A stretch of 64,000 bases of DNA from an uncultured Acidobacteriota bacterium (GCA_963796275.1 CAWCKY010000004.1:992001-1056000), one strand, 5' to 3'. Counted from the first letter of the stretch, positions 37,545 through 47,885 are shown. Program-made: numbers and translations. Notes: generated from the letters alone by a model not told the origin.

Positions 37545-40500
37545 TTATCTGATTTGTTCATCCTCCAGGTTCGTCCACTCGCCCGATTGGATGAAGCTCG
37601 CCCAATAATAAGGATGTCGCCGATTCACTTGCTTTAGCATCTCCAATTGCACCTGTCTCAGCGCCTCACCGCGTCCCTCCCCCTGTTTCAGTTTTTTGTA
37701 GTAGGAGACCATCAGTTCGCGTGTCCCCTTGTCCGATACGGCCCAGAGGCTCATGACCTGTGTTTCCGCGCCGGCCAGCACCAACGCGCGTCGCAGCCCG
37801 TGGACTCCATCGCCGCTCTTAACCTCGCCCACCCCTGTGTCACACCCCGAGAGCACTACCAGCTTTGTTCCCCAAAGATTTAGCCCTGTCACCTCCAGCG
37901 CAGTCAGAATCCCGTTGTCATCCTCTTTATGTTCGTTGGCTCCAGCCAGCGCCACCCCCGAGCGCAACAGCGGGTTCTCGATGGGGATACCGCTCCCTTC
38001 AATCATTCGCAGCTGCTGGTCGGATTCATTTCTGACTGACCGAGTCCCGCTCCGCACCGACGCCATCAATTGCGAATCATCGAGAAAGAAGCCGTGTGTG
38101 GCGATGTGTAGAAGAATGGGGCTGCGCACCTGGATGAGCGCGGACTTACTCGCCTCGCGCCGGGTGAGCAAGGTCGCATCCGGTAGTAACGATTGCAGGG
38201 CATCCCCTTCCCGCGCTGTATATGGCAGGGGCGAGAAGTAAAACTGTCTGAAAATGGAGGCGGCTGATTCTTTGACCCGATTTCCTGATCCTTCATTCGA
38301 TGCAACCGTCTTCTGTTTCCACCGGCGCATTTCCTCAACCCGGCTCCTGTTTCCAAAGTCCGGGTCGGCGATAACAAGCGGGCCGCTACTGCTCTCTCTA
38401 GCCACTTGCAGGCGCAGCAGATCGCGACCGCTCGCCAGATAGCTGATCGAATAACGCTCGACCAGATACCGCCCTCGCTCATCTACCAGCGCCACAAATG
38501 GAAGGAGGTTGAGCATGCCATCCGGCGAGATCAGTAACCGGGTCAGATTCCCAACCAGCGGGCGGATGGGTTGAAATACTTTCTGATCCACGCTTCGAGC
38601 CAGACGGCGCACGTCCGTACGTTTGGGATCGCGCAAAGCCTCACGCAGGGCAGCCACAGCTCCATCGATTGCACTCGCCTCGCCCAGTTCCTTCCACTGA
38701 ATCTCTCCTTTCCGCATCACATAGACCACATAATGAGGTTCGCCATAAGCCATGTCATCCGTTTTGGCTTGGGCATCGAATGGACGGTAGGAAGCGAATT
38801 CGATCAGAGCGGCATCGGCGGGGATGGCCGCTTGAACCGCTGCGAGCGTGACTGGCAAAGACTGTGCTCGGAATTCACTGCTCCTGCGACCGATGTCTAC
38901 CTCTAGTTTTTCGGCTCGAGCTTCGAGTCTTCCGATTCGCTCGAAATATTGCTCGACCGTTATTTTCTGCGGTTCGCCCAGAACTAAACTGGCGATCTGT
39001 GAACGGGTATCGCTCAACTGATCGAGCAGGGCTTGATCCTCCGGGTCTGAACGGTCGCGCAAAGCGGCGAGGCTTTGAGACGTGGCGTCGAGCGCACGCC
39101 CTTTGCGTTGGAGAATTATGGCGGCGCTCTGGCTACGCGCCGCGGGATCGTTCGGCGCACAGCGAAGATGCAATGAGATAGTCCGGTCGGCCTGCTTTGA
39201 GAGGGTTCCTAGAAAGGCCAGTCTCTGGCGTTCGGAGCCGATCACAAGATTGAGCGCCAGATTCCCTTCGCCGATTGAATTGGCGCGCGATTGAAACGCG
39301 ACAGCCTGAGCGATATTACCTATTCTCATGTTGAGCGCCGCTCTATCGTTGAGGGCATCGGCAACGTAGGGGTGTTTCGGGCCCAGCGTTTTCTCCAAGA
39401 CGTCCAGTGATCGTTGGAATAACTGCTCAGCCTTCGCGTAGTCGGCTCTGTCGCGGTTGATGCGTGCCAGAATGTTGAGTGAGTAAGCAAGTTCAAACTT
39501 TTCCGGCTCCAGCGCTTTCTCCCAAATAACCAGCGCACGTTGAGCCAGAGGTTCAGCCCTTTGTTGGTCGCCGCGGCTGTGAAACAAGAGCGCCAAATTG
39601 TTGAGGGTGCGGGCGACATCCGAATGGTCGGGCCCCAACACTTTCTCCTGGATGGCCAACGCGCGTTGGGCCAGCGACTCCGCTTCATCATAATCTCCCC
39701 GATCGCGATAGAGAATCGCCAGGCTGTTGAGAGTAGCAGCGAGATCGGGATGTTCAGGTCCCAGCGCCTTCTCCCTGATAGCCAGGGCTCTTCGGTAGAA
39801 AGTCTCGGCCTTGGCGAAGTCGCCTCGATAACGATAGAAGTTGCCCAGACCATTATTGGCGAGGCCGAGGTCGGGATCATCCGGAGGCAGCGCTTTCACC
39901 CAGATCGCCAGCGATTGGTGAAATAACGGTTCAGCTTTCGCGTAGTCGCCTTTGCTCCAATAAAGCAGGCCGAGATTGTGAATCGTAAAAGCGTAATCTG
40001 GATGTTCCTGCCCCAACGATTTCTCCAAGATACGCAGTGCTCGTTGAAACAACGCCTCTGCCTTCGCGTAGTCGGCCATATTGCGGTAGAGGTGCCCCAG
40101 ATTGTTGAGCGAAATAGTAACTGCAGGATGATTCGGCCCGAAAACTCCCTCTAAAATGTCCAGTGACCGGTGAAGCAGCGATTCGGCCTTTGCAAAATCG
40201 CCCCTGCTTCGGTAAATCCTGCCCAGACCGTTGAGTGCGACCGCGACATCGCGGTGATCCGGACCCAGCAGCCTTTCACGGATCTCCAAAGCGCGTTCGA
40301 TCGATGGGCGCGCCTCGATTGGCGGCCCCATGACTTTCAGTTTGCGACACTCCTCGCACAGCGCATACGCCCTCTGTAATGCGCGGTCGTTCTCTGTCGC
40401 GGCGCGTAACTCCTCGATGCGAATCGCGTAGCGTCCCGCAAGCGCCCCGCGCTGCCTGAGTTCAATACTCAGCTGGTAGTCGCCCTCCTTGTCTGCCACA

Positions 40501-40880
40501 CACGACACACGTTCCTGCCCCCAGGGCAAACTTTCGGAGTCGAACTCGGCCATCTGCCTGCCGTCAGGTCCTGTTACTGCCACCACCACGTCTATGCCCT
40601 CTTGCTCGACTATCACGCCCAGGTACTGATCGGTTCTCAGCCTGATCTGATAGATATGCTGTCCGCCAGCCAATTCCCGTTGGATAGGCCTTCCCGGTTC
40701 GAGAAGGCGAAAACCCTTCTCATCGCTCGCCTCATCGCCGGCATCACGCGACTCCTGAATCGACTGCTGGTTCAGACCTTGAGCGAATACGAAAGTCTTG
40801 TGCGAAAGCGATGAGGTTGACAGAATGCAGAGCAGAAATAGCGCGATGAAATTGGCTGAGCTCCGGTATATAACCTGCAT
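37545..40880 (-). CDS. TPR-CHAT (caspase-like) protease with N-terminal signal/PPC-like domain
   Basis: About eight 42-aa TPR repeats (AExLxQRALxIxEKxLGPxHP), catalytic HIATHG and VLSGCDTG, MSLWAVSD and HPYYWASF; start set at ATG 40880 (GGAG SD). Confidence 0.92.
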   Translation of the reverse strand: MQVIYRSSANFIALFLLCILSTSSLSHKTFVFAQGLNQQSIQESRDAGDEASDEKGFRLLEPGRPIQRELAGGQHIYQIRLRTDQYLGVIVEQEGIDVVVAVTGPDGRQMAEFDSESLPWGQERVSCVADKEGDYQLSIELRQRGALAGRYAIRIEELRAATENDRALQRAYALCEECRKLKVMGPPIEARPSIERALEIRERLLGPDHRDVAVALNGLGRIYRSRGDFAKAESLLHRSLDILEGVFGPNHPAVTISLNNLGHLYRNMADYAKAEALFQRALRILEKSLGQEHPDYAFTIHNLGLLYWSKGDYAKAEPLFHQSLAIWVKALPPDDPDLGLANNGLGNFYRYRGDFAKAETFYRRALAIREKALGPEHPDLAATLNSLAILYRDRGDYDEAESLAQRALAIQEKVLGPDHSDVARTLNNLALLFHSRGDQQRAEPLAQRALVIWEKALEPEKFELAYSLNILARINRDRADYAKAEQLFQRSLDVLEKTLGPKHPYVADALNDRAALNMRIGNIAQAVAFQSRANSIGEGNLALNLVIGSERQRLAFLGTLSKQADRTISLHLRCAPNDPAARSQSAAIILQRKGRALDATSQSLAALRDRSDPEDQALLDQLSDTRSQIASLVLGEPQKITVEQYFERIGRLEARAEKLEVDIGRRSSEFRAQSLPVTLAAVQAAIPADAALIEFASYRPFDAQAKTDDMAYGEPHYVVYVMRKGEIQWKELGEASAIDGAVAALREALRDPKRTDVRRLARSVDQKVFQPIRPLVGNLTRLLISPDGMLNLLPFVALVDERGRYLVERYSISYLASGRDLLRLQVARESSSGPLVIADPDFGNRSRVEEMRRWKQKTVASNEGSGNRVKESAASIFRQFYFSPLPYTAREGDALQSLLPDATLLTRREASKSALIQVRSPILLHIATHGFFLDDSQLMASVRSGTRSVRNESDQQLRMIEGSGIPIENPLLRSGVALAGANEHKEDDNGILTALEVTGLNLWGTKLVVLSGCDTGVGEVKSGDGVHGLRRALVLAGAETQVMSLWAVSDKGTRELMVSYYKKLKQGEGRGEALRQVQLEMLKQVNRRHPYYWASFIQSGEWTNLEDEQIR

Positions 40881-41571
40881 AACCTGCGCTCCCTGTTTTT
40901 GCTCGCAACCCGAAGCTCGGCGAGCCGCGCCTTCCACGATCATGGTTTGTCCTTCGCTTTTTTTGATCATTGCCATAGCGACACAAAACCTCTTAAACGG
41001 TAATCTGAATTGTTTTAAATTAATTGCTTCGGACTTAGCTGAGTCACATCCGACGCACGGGTGAGTAGACACTTTCTGTCAATCAAAACTGAGGATTCAA
41101 TCCCGTTCCAAATTCATAATCCACACCACCTTCCCCTTCCTTTGAGCCTCGCCTGTTTGCTCACGCCGTACCTCTCGCCCCCAGGCTTGATCGCCGACAA
41201 CGCAGTAGAACCGGCTGTCGACACTCTCTGTGCTGATTCACGGATGGCTCCGCGGTCCTTTCGAATTTTCCACCCACCGCCTTCCGATCCCGGAACTTCG
41301 CTCTCCGACTAAATATACATGCTACAGGATAGTCATAGCTAACTAATGGGACACGTTATGAGTTTACCACAGCTGAAAGAAAGTAAAATAAGCGAGTGCC
41401 CCGGTCCGTTCATCCGGACAGAAGTTGTACGAAGAATAAGTATTTGAATGAAATGAGAAATGAGCTGATTGGCATGTAAGCCTGGAGACTCTAGCAGGCT
41501 ATGCGCACCGTGCGGTTGGGGGTAGATTACAGATTATCAAGATTATCGGGGGGGGGGGAATAAGAATTGGG

Positions 41572-41991
41572 TTATGCCGCCATCTGGAGTTCCGTTACAG
41601 GATCTATTGAGTTATCAACCTGACTCAAGATGTACTGTGATGAAACTTTTCTCAATCTGTCATCGAGCTTCAATGGGAGCCGCAGCTCGATAGTTCCGTT
41701 CGCTTCGACTCTGAATTTGCTGCGGTCAGCGACGTTCGCGGACCGGTTATTGGAATCAATAGATTTGACGTCAGGGGCGTTCCTCTCGAGCCATCGACTG
41801 ACTTCGGGATGGATCAAATCCAAACCGTATTGCTGCCATAACAGTTCCATCACAACGACGCTTTTCGGTACTTCCTTACCTTGATAGCCGTAAGGCATTC
41901 TGAGTTTGATCGAGATTTCATTGTTTACCGGGCTAGTTAAAACTTGTTGCTCGCGACCGAAAATATTGAAGTTATGGAACATTGTATTCAT
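41572..41991 (-). CDS. Hypothetical protein (about 139 aa) in a lower-GC segment
   Basis: ORF with a purine-rich upstream (aagaaagag-ATG); no family recognised. Confidence 0.55.
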   Translation of the reverse strand: MNTMFHNFNIFGREQQVLTSPVNNEISIKLRMPYGYQGKEVPKSVVVMELLWQQYGLDLIHPEVSRWLERNAPDVKSIDSNNRSANVADRSKFRVEANGTIELRLPLKLDDRLRKVSSQYILSQVDNSIDPVTELQMAA

Positions 41992-42206
41992 CTCTTTCTT
42001 ATTAGTTGTAGTCAATAACCTACCCATCTTTGATCCCTTGCCTTCCCGCTATTAGGTGCGCGAAACGCTGGAATATGTCGCGCCGATTCTCGACATGTAA
42101 CGAAGTGACCTTTCTCACAGCCCCATGGTGAGGCCAGTCACATGGTGTTGTGGCATTTGAGGTTCGCCGGTCATTGCCTGATCGCATGTCTTCATTCAGG
42201 CATATA

Positions 42207-42392
42207 GATTGCGGATTGCCGTTAGCGGATTGTGGATTGCGGATTGCGGATTGCGGATTGCGGATTGTGGATATGCCCACAAAGACACAGAGGAAAAAGA
42301 GGCAAGGAGATCACGCTGGCTTAACCGCTAGTTACCTTCCCCTTTTTCTCTTCCCCTATATGTCTCTGTGTCGCTGTGGCAAATCCGCAATC
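42207..42392. repeat. GATTGCG heptamer tandem array plus CACAAAGACACAG-type inverted repeat
   Basis: (gattgcg)n at 42207-42272, inverted partner aatccgcaatc at 42382-42392, and inner ccacaaagacacagag / ctctgtgtcgctgtgg. Confidence 0.8.
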
Positions 42393-42400
42393 GACTCACG

Positions 42401-45094
42401 TTACTCGTGCCGAAGCGCCGTCAGGGGATCGATCTTCATCGCTCGTCTCGCCGGGATGTAACTTGCCAGCAACGCCACCGATGTGAGCAACAACGCGATG
42501 GCCGCGAACGTTAGCGAATCGGTCGGGCTCACGCCGAACAACGATCCAGCCATCAGCCGCGTTAACGCCAGCGCCCCCACCAATCCCAGCGCCAATCCGA
42601 TAAGAGTAAGGATCACCCCCTGGCCGACTATAAGCTTGAGTACATCGCGCGGCTGCGCGCCCAGGGCCATGCGAATGCCGATCTCTCCTGTGCGCTGGCT
42701 GACCGAGTAAGACATAACTCCGTAGAGGCCGATCGCCGCCAGAATTAAGGCCACCGCCGCGAAGATGCCCACCAGGATCATCTGGAACCTTTGGCGGGAA
42801 ATCGAATCGACCATCATCTGCTCCAGCGATCGAACATTGGAGATGGGATGTTCACGATTCACATCCAATACCTCCTGCTTTACGGCAGCTGCAAGAGTGA
42901 GCGGATCGATGCTGGTGCGGACCATGAAATTGACCGGTAATAGCTTGTTGATAAATCGCGTTACCCCATCCGGCACCTGAGTATCCGGTATATAAACGCG
43001 AAGGATGTCGGGATTCTTCAAGTCGGCCCCCCTGACGTCTCCCACTACACCGACGATTTGGCGCGACCCTTCGGCAAATATCGGCCCCTCGAACTTGCCA
43101 AGCGACAGCGACTCGCCGATCGGATCTTTGTCTGGAAAGTATTGGCGTGCCAGCGCCTCGTTTATGAGCGCTACCGCAGGCGAGGAGTGCGAATCTCCTT
43201 CGGTGAAATACCGTCCCCGTCGAAGCGGAACGCTCAGAGCGCGGAAATAATTGGGTGATACCATGTTCCAGCCGGCGAAGCGAACGTCTTGCATACCTTC
43301 GGTGCGGAAAGACATCATCAACCCGTTTTCGAAAGGCAACCTGCTCACTACAGTGGCTGTCTCTACCCCAGGGAGCGCTTCGATCCGCTGCAGGGTCTGA
43401 TCGAAAAAGGCCGAGACACGAGCGGTGCTGTTATACTTCTCTTCAGGCATCGACAACTGAAAAGTCAAGACATTGGTCGGATCGAAACCGGGATTGACTC
43501 CGCGCAGGTTGGCGAAGGTTTGAATCAGAAGGGCTGCTCCCACCAGCAACATCGACGACAATCCGATCTCCGCTACGACGATCGAGCTGCGGAACCGGCT
43601 CCGCTGAATTCCCGCCGATGCCCTGACGCCGCTTTCATTAAGCACCGAGTTGAGATTGACTTTAGCCAATTGAAGCGCCGGAGCGAGGCCGAAGAGGATG
43701 CCGGTCGAGAGCGCAACCGCAAGCGTGAGTAGCAGGGCTCTTCCATCCAACTGAACTTCAGACAGGCGCGGTAGATTCCAGTCACCGAGCGCGAGCAACG
43801 CCTTCAGACCCAACCGTGCCACCAGGAGACCCAAAGCGCCGCCGAGCAAAGCCAGGATGGCGCTTTCAGTGAGTGACTGCTGAATCAGCCTGAAGTGTCC
43901 GGCGCCTAACGCGCTGCGAATAGCAACCTCCTTTTGCCGCGCCGCCGCCCGAGCCAACAACAGGCTGGCCACGTTGGCGCAGGCGATCAGTAATACGAAG
44001 CCGACTGCACCGAGCAGGACGAGTAATTCCGTCCGGACTTCTCCGATCATTGCCTGGTGATAGTCTTCGACTACGATGCCCTCGTTATCGCCCGTCAGCG
44101 CCGGTTGCTGGAGGCGAAACGTTCGAGCGACCGAATCCATCTCCGCCTGAGCCTGTTCGCGTGTCACTCCCGGTTTCAGGCGTCCGATGACTGCCAGCGG
44201 ATAGACCCGATCCTGATTGTGAGCGACTGGACGCAGAGGCATCCAAATATCGGCGGACCCTCTCGCCTCAAATCCGGGAGGCATGATCCCGATCACCCTG
44301 TATGGCTCTCCGCTCAACTCTATGCTCTTACCCAGAATCCCAGGGTCGGAGCCGAAGCGCCGTTTCCATAGGCCATCGCTGATGACGACGACGCGATCAC
44401 CACCAGGCCGGTCCTCTTCAGTGTTGAAGCTGCGCCCTTGGGCGGGTGGGATCCCGTAGACCCGGAAAAAGTTGGCAGAGACGCGCGCGCCTCGAAGGCG
44501 CTCCGGCTCATCGCCACCCGTCAGATTGACGCCCGCCCCCACCGCCTCAACGGCCGTCATACTCTCAAATATTCGATTGTTCTCTCGCCAGAAGAGGAAT
44601 TGCGTGACGGAGGCGAGGGTCCTGGAAGGAGGAGGAATCCCTCGCCAGAGGTGCATCAGCTGTTCGCTCTCCGGATAAGAGAAGGGGCGAAGCAGCACCG
44701 CATTGACCACGCTGAAGATCGCTGTGTTGGCGCCGATGCCGAGCGCGAGTATCAACACGGCTACCGCGGTGAAGCCGGGATTTTTCCGAAGCATACGGAT
44801 TCCATAGCGTAAATCCTGCCAGAGGTCTCCGAAGAAATTTCCTCGGTTTGTTTCGACAACCATAGGTTGGTTTTTCATACCGCTCTCCCTCAACTCCTGC
44901 GCGGGCAATTGCCCTTCTTTCAATTCCGCTAGCGTCGCGCGATAAGCCTCTTCCGGCGACGCGCCACCAGCCAGCAGCTCCGCGTAATGATCCTCAAGGT
45001 GTTGCGTAAACTCCTCGACGATCTCGGCCTCACGCGTCGGCGTAAGCTGCAAGCCCGCCAACCGCAGTATGATTTCATCTTTCCACTCAGACAT
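42401..45094 (-). CDS. ADOP-type ABC permease with EWK prefix
   Basis: MSEWKDEIILRL prefix; full motifs; ends IDPLTALRHE. Confidence 0.93.
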   Translation of the reverse strand: MSEWKDEIILRLAGLQLTPTREAEIVEEFTQHLEDHYAELLAGGASPEEAYRATLAELKEGQLPAQELRESGMKNQPMVVETNRGNFFGDLWQDLRYGIRMLRKNPGFTAVAVLILALGIGANTAIFSVVNAVLLRPFSYPESEQLMHLWRGIPPPSRTLASVTQFLFWRENNRIFESMTAVEAVGAGVNLTGGDEPERLRGARVSANFFRVYGIPPAQGRSFNTEEDRPGGDRVVVISDGLWKRRFGSDPGILGKSIELSGEPYRVIGIMPPGFEARGSADIWMPLRPVAHNQDRVYPLAVIGRLKPGVTREQAQAEMDSVARTFRLQQPALTGDNEGIVVEDYHQAMIGEVRTELLVLLGAVGFVLLIACANVASLLLARAAARQKEVAIRSALGAGHFRLIQQSLTESAILALLGGALGLLVARLGLKALLALGDWNLPRLSEVQLDGRALLLTLAVALSTGILFGLAPALQLAKVNLNSVLNESGVRASAGIQRSRFRSSIVVAEIGLSSMLLVGAALLIQTFANLRGVNPGFDPTNVLTFQLSMPEEKYNSTARVSAFFDQTLQRIEALPGVETATVVSRLPFENGLMMSFRTEGMQDVRFAGWNMVSPNYFRALSVPLRRGRYFTEGDSHSSPAVALINEALARQYFPDKDPIGESLSLGKFEGPIFAEGSRQIVGVVGDVRGADLKNPDILRVYIPDTQVPDGVTRFINKLLPVNFMVRTSIDPLTLAAAVKQEVLDVNREHPISNVRSLEQMMVDSISRQRFQMILVGIFAAVALILAAIGLYGVMSYSVSQRTGEIGIRMALGAQPRDVLKLIVGQGVILTLIGLALGLVGALALTRLMAGSLFGVSPTDSLTFAAIALLLTSVALLASYIPARRAMKIDPLTALRHE

Positions 45095-45160
45095 ATTTGA
45101 TTTCCCCTAAGAAAACCTCTTGCTAACTATAGATAGTGGAAATAACGGGCGATCCGGTTT

Positions 45161-45400
45161 TCAGCCCACGAAGTGGGCGACAGAATACAGCCCAGGGTGG
45201 AGCCGAAGGCGTAACCCTGGGTTGGGTACCATCAAGCCGCGCGAGCCCACGAAGTGGGCGATAGACCTCAAGCTCTTGGGCCTCGATCTCAATCTCTGTA
45301 GCCCGTTTCACGGGCTCGAACCAGATATTTATGACGCACCCAGGGTTACGGCTTCGCCTCCACCCTGGGCTTTATGCTATCGCCCACTACGTGGGCTGAT
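45161..45400. repeat. REP/REPIN-like element (family A, copy 2)
   Basis: tcagcccacgaagtgggcga...tcgcccactacgtgggctga; closely similar to 5145-5382. Confidence 0.87.
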
Positions 45401-45699
45401 TCCCATAAATCTCCCATCATATAGCTTCCCCAGTTGCTTCTTCTCCTGGTTGCGTCCGAACCGGCGGGCTCCTGCGGCACTGGGCGCTCGATGCACCGCA
45501 GTTCTCCCGCCAACGATCCGCTCTCACTCAACTCCGAAAGAGCCGTGCGATTCGCTTCCTCCGGCGTCGCCCCACCCGCCAGCATTTCCTTGTGGCGATC
45601 CTCAAGATGCCGGGCCAACTCCTCGATAACCTCAGCATCACGCTCGGGCTCGAGTTTCAAGTCCGGCAACCGTTCTCTGACCTCTTGCTTCCACTCCAT
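45401..45699 (-). pseudogene. Isolated ADOP EWK prefix domain, cut at the REP element
   Basis: MEWKQEVRERL..AEVIEELARHLED..MMGDLW, then runs into the repeat. Confidence 0.8.
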
Positions 45700-45747
45700 T
45701 CGCCAACGACCTCCAGCCTCGCCCCCAACACCCAACAACTCCTCTTC

Positions 45748-46101
45748 TTATGCATTCTCCAACCCGGTAATACGATTGATAGCCGCGACGAACGACTGCC
45801 ATGTGCTGCGCTGCGATGCCAACACCTTCCTGCCCTCCTTCGTCAAACGATAATAGCGGCGGCGGCGCTGACCGGCTTTCTCCACCCACCGGCCCTCGAG
45901 CCAGCCGCGCTTCTCGAGCCGGTAGAGCAGCGGGTAAAGGGAGGCGATGTTGAAGCTCAGCACGCCGTCCGAACGCGTCTCGATCAACTTTCTGATCTCA
46001 TAACCGTGACGCGCGCGCGCTTCAACCAGTGAGAGTATGAGCAGCTCGGCGCTTCCCTTCTTCAACTCGCGGTCCAATATGCGTGAATGTATATTCGTCA
46101 T
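45748..46101 (-). CDS. PadR family transcriptional regulator
   Basis: ELKKGSAELLIL, RHGYEI, SLYPLLYRLEKRG and RRRRYYRLT. Confidence 0.95.
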   Translation of the reverse strand: MTNIHSRILDRELKKGSAELLILSLVEARARHGYEIRKLIETRSDGVLSFNIASLYPLLYRLEKRGWLEGRWVEKAGQRRRRYYRLTKEGRKVLASQRSTWQSFVAAINRITGLENA

Positions 46102-46107
46102 TGCCAC

Positions 46108-46136
46108 ATATTATGCAGGCAAATATTAGCAGTCAA
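46108..46136 (-). promoter_or_regulatory. Conserved PadR/ADOP promoter, copy 3; probably leaderless
   Basis: TTGACT-gctaatatttgcctgca(17 nt)-TAATAT-6 nt-ATG(46101); no SD. Confidence 0.7.
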
Positions 46137-46261
46137 GCAGCTCTTTTGGGTTTCGGGTGATCATCGCCTATAATCGGATCGTCCCACTGAAAGAGTCTAT
46201 AGAACGCCATGTTAGAAAATTCTACCTCACATTAAATTTCGAAATATTTTGGAGGTTTGCA

Positions 46262-46876
46262 ATGAGATTTAAGTATTCATTGAAAGCTGTCTCGCTGGTT
46301 CTGGCGTCATTACTTGTTTATGGAACTTTCACCGCCGTCTGCGCGCAGGGACGAGGGCGAGGAGGTGGAAGCGGGCGAGGATCGGGTATGGGTGGAGGTC
46401 GGGGCATGGGAGGAGGAGTCAGTGGCGGGCTGGGTACCGCATCGGATCGTTCGAATGGACGGTCGGATAGGGGACTCGACAATGCTTCCGACAAATCGAA
46501 TGGGCGATCGGACGCGGGCCTGGATCGCGCGCGGGCGGCGAACGATAAGCTCAAGAACGCTGACGATGAGATTCGCCAGAATCCGGGGCTGGCGAAGGGA
46601 ATGAACATGAGCGCAAATCAGTTGCGCGATGGTTATCAGGCCGCCCTGGCAAACAACCCCGATCTGAAATTCGGTCAATATGTCGCCGCCAATCGGATCG
46701 CCCGGAATTTGGGTGACCGCAATCCGAATATCACTTCAGATGCGATCCTACAGGGATTGAACGGCGGCAAGAGCATCGGCCAGAGACTCCAGGAACTCGG
46801 GTTGAATTCGAAGGAAGCGAAAGAGGCGGAAAAGAACGCAGAACGACAGATCAAAGAGAGTAAACTCAATAAATGA
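46262..46876 (+). CDS. Secreted hypothetical protein with Gly/Arg-rich N-terminus
   Basis: GGAGG SD, signal peptide (VCA-Q), repeated ASD[RK]SNGRSD, and helical C-domain LKFGQYVAA. Confidence 0.8.
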   Translation: MRFKYSLKAVSLVLASLLVYGTFTAVCAQGRGRGGGSGRGSGMGGGRGMGGGVSGGLGTASDRSNGRSDRGLDNASDKSNGRSDAGLDRARAANDKLKNADDEIRQNPGLAKGMNMSANQLRDGYQAALANNPDLKFGQYVAANRIARNLGDRNPNITSDAILQGLNGGKSIGQRLQELGLNSKEAKEAEKNAERQIKESKLNK

Positions 46877-47142
46877 CCTGATTCTTGAGAGCCTTTCATC
46901 ACAATAAACACAAAAAAAGACACAAAGACCACATAACTATAATTTGTGATCTTTGTGTCTTTTTGCTTTCTTGTAGTGAATCCAGTCCTCGTTCGAACCT
47001 GATCGCCATCGTCGGATCCACCCTGTCGACCCGCCAGCCGATATCCGGCGAACATGCGGGGCTACAAATTAGCATCACCTTCACAACAGCCAAGGCAGAG
47101 ATTTATTAAAGTAATCCTTCCAATCGGGCATTGTTGATTCAC

Positions 47143-47475
47143 TCAGGCGGGGTTGATCTTCGCCACGCGATCGAGCGCCGTAAAGAAATCGGCCCAGGTT
47201 TGCCTCTGATCCGCCAGAACTTTGCGCCCCTGGGCGGTCAGTTTGTAGTAGCGGCGGCGGCGCTGCCCCGCCTTCTCCACCCAGCGGCCCTGAATCAACT
47301 CACGCTTCTCCAACCGGTAGAGCAAAGGATAAAGCGACGCGACGTGGAATTGCAGAACGCCGTCCGAACGCTCCTCGATCAATTTGGCGATCTCATACCC
47401 GTGGCGCGGGCGATCCTCAACCAGGGCCAGGATCAGCATCTCTGTACTACCTCGCTTCACTTCTCTATCAAGCAT
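47143..47475 (-). CDS. PadR family transcriptional regulator (paralog of 45748-46101)
   Basis: MLDREVKRGSTEMLIL, RHGYEI, SLYPLLYRLEKR and RRRRYYKLT. Confidence 0.95.
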   Translation of the reverse strand: MLDREVKRGSTEMLILALVEDRPRHGYEIAKLIEERSDGVLQFHVASLYPLLYRLEKRELIQGRWVEKAGQRRRRYYKLTAQGRKVLADQRQTWADFFTALDRVAKINPA

Positions 47476-47586
47476 AGGATTTATATATCTCCATATATAG
47501 TGATGCCATATATACACTTGTAATTGGATAAAAGCAATCGGAATGGCCTTCGCCTGAAGCGTATGCTAATTATCATTAAGTTCATT

Positions 47587-47740
47587 CAGCTCCGGAAGAG
47601 CCGGATGTTTAAAGTTTCGACGAATTTTCCAACCACAAGCTCCGGCGGAGAAATGTGGTCACGGCCATATGTCGCTCCTGACGGAGCTGGGGTAATTGTT
47701 AGAATGGTGAGCTATAGACATGGCGCGCCTCTGGCGCTGA
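47587..47740. repeat. Degenerate REP-like element (family B)
   Basis: agctccggaagagccggatgttta..agctccggcggag..atgtcgctcctgacggagct..tatagacatggcgcgcctctggcgct. Confidence 0.6.
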
Positions 47741-47885
47741 TGCCTCAATGCCACAGTTGTGTTTAAGATCGGTGCATTGCGCTGGCTCAGGTTGCCGCTC
47801 AGGGCTGGCGGGTATTCTCTGGTGGTAGTAACTCACTAGAAGAGTGCAGACAACTAAAAAAGGCGTGCGTGAAAGGACCTATCGA

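Noticed and set aside
42020-42280. ORF with IRNPQSA repeats
   Set aside because: It is a translation of the GATTGCG heptamer array.
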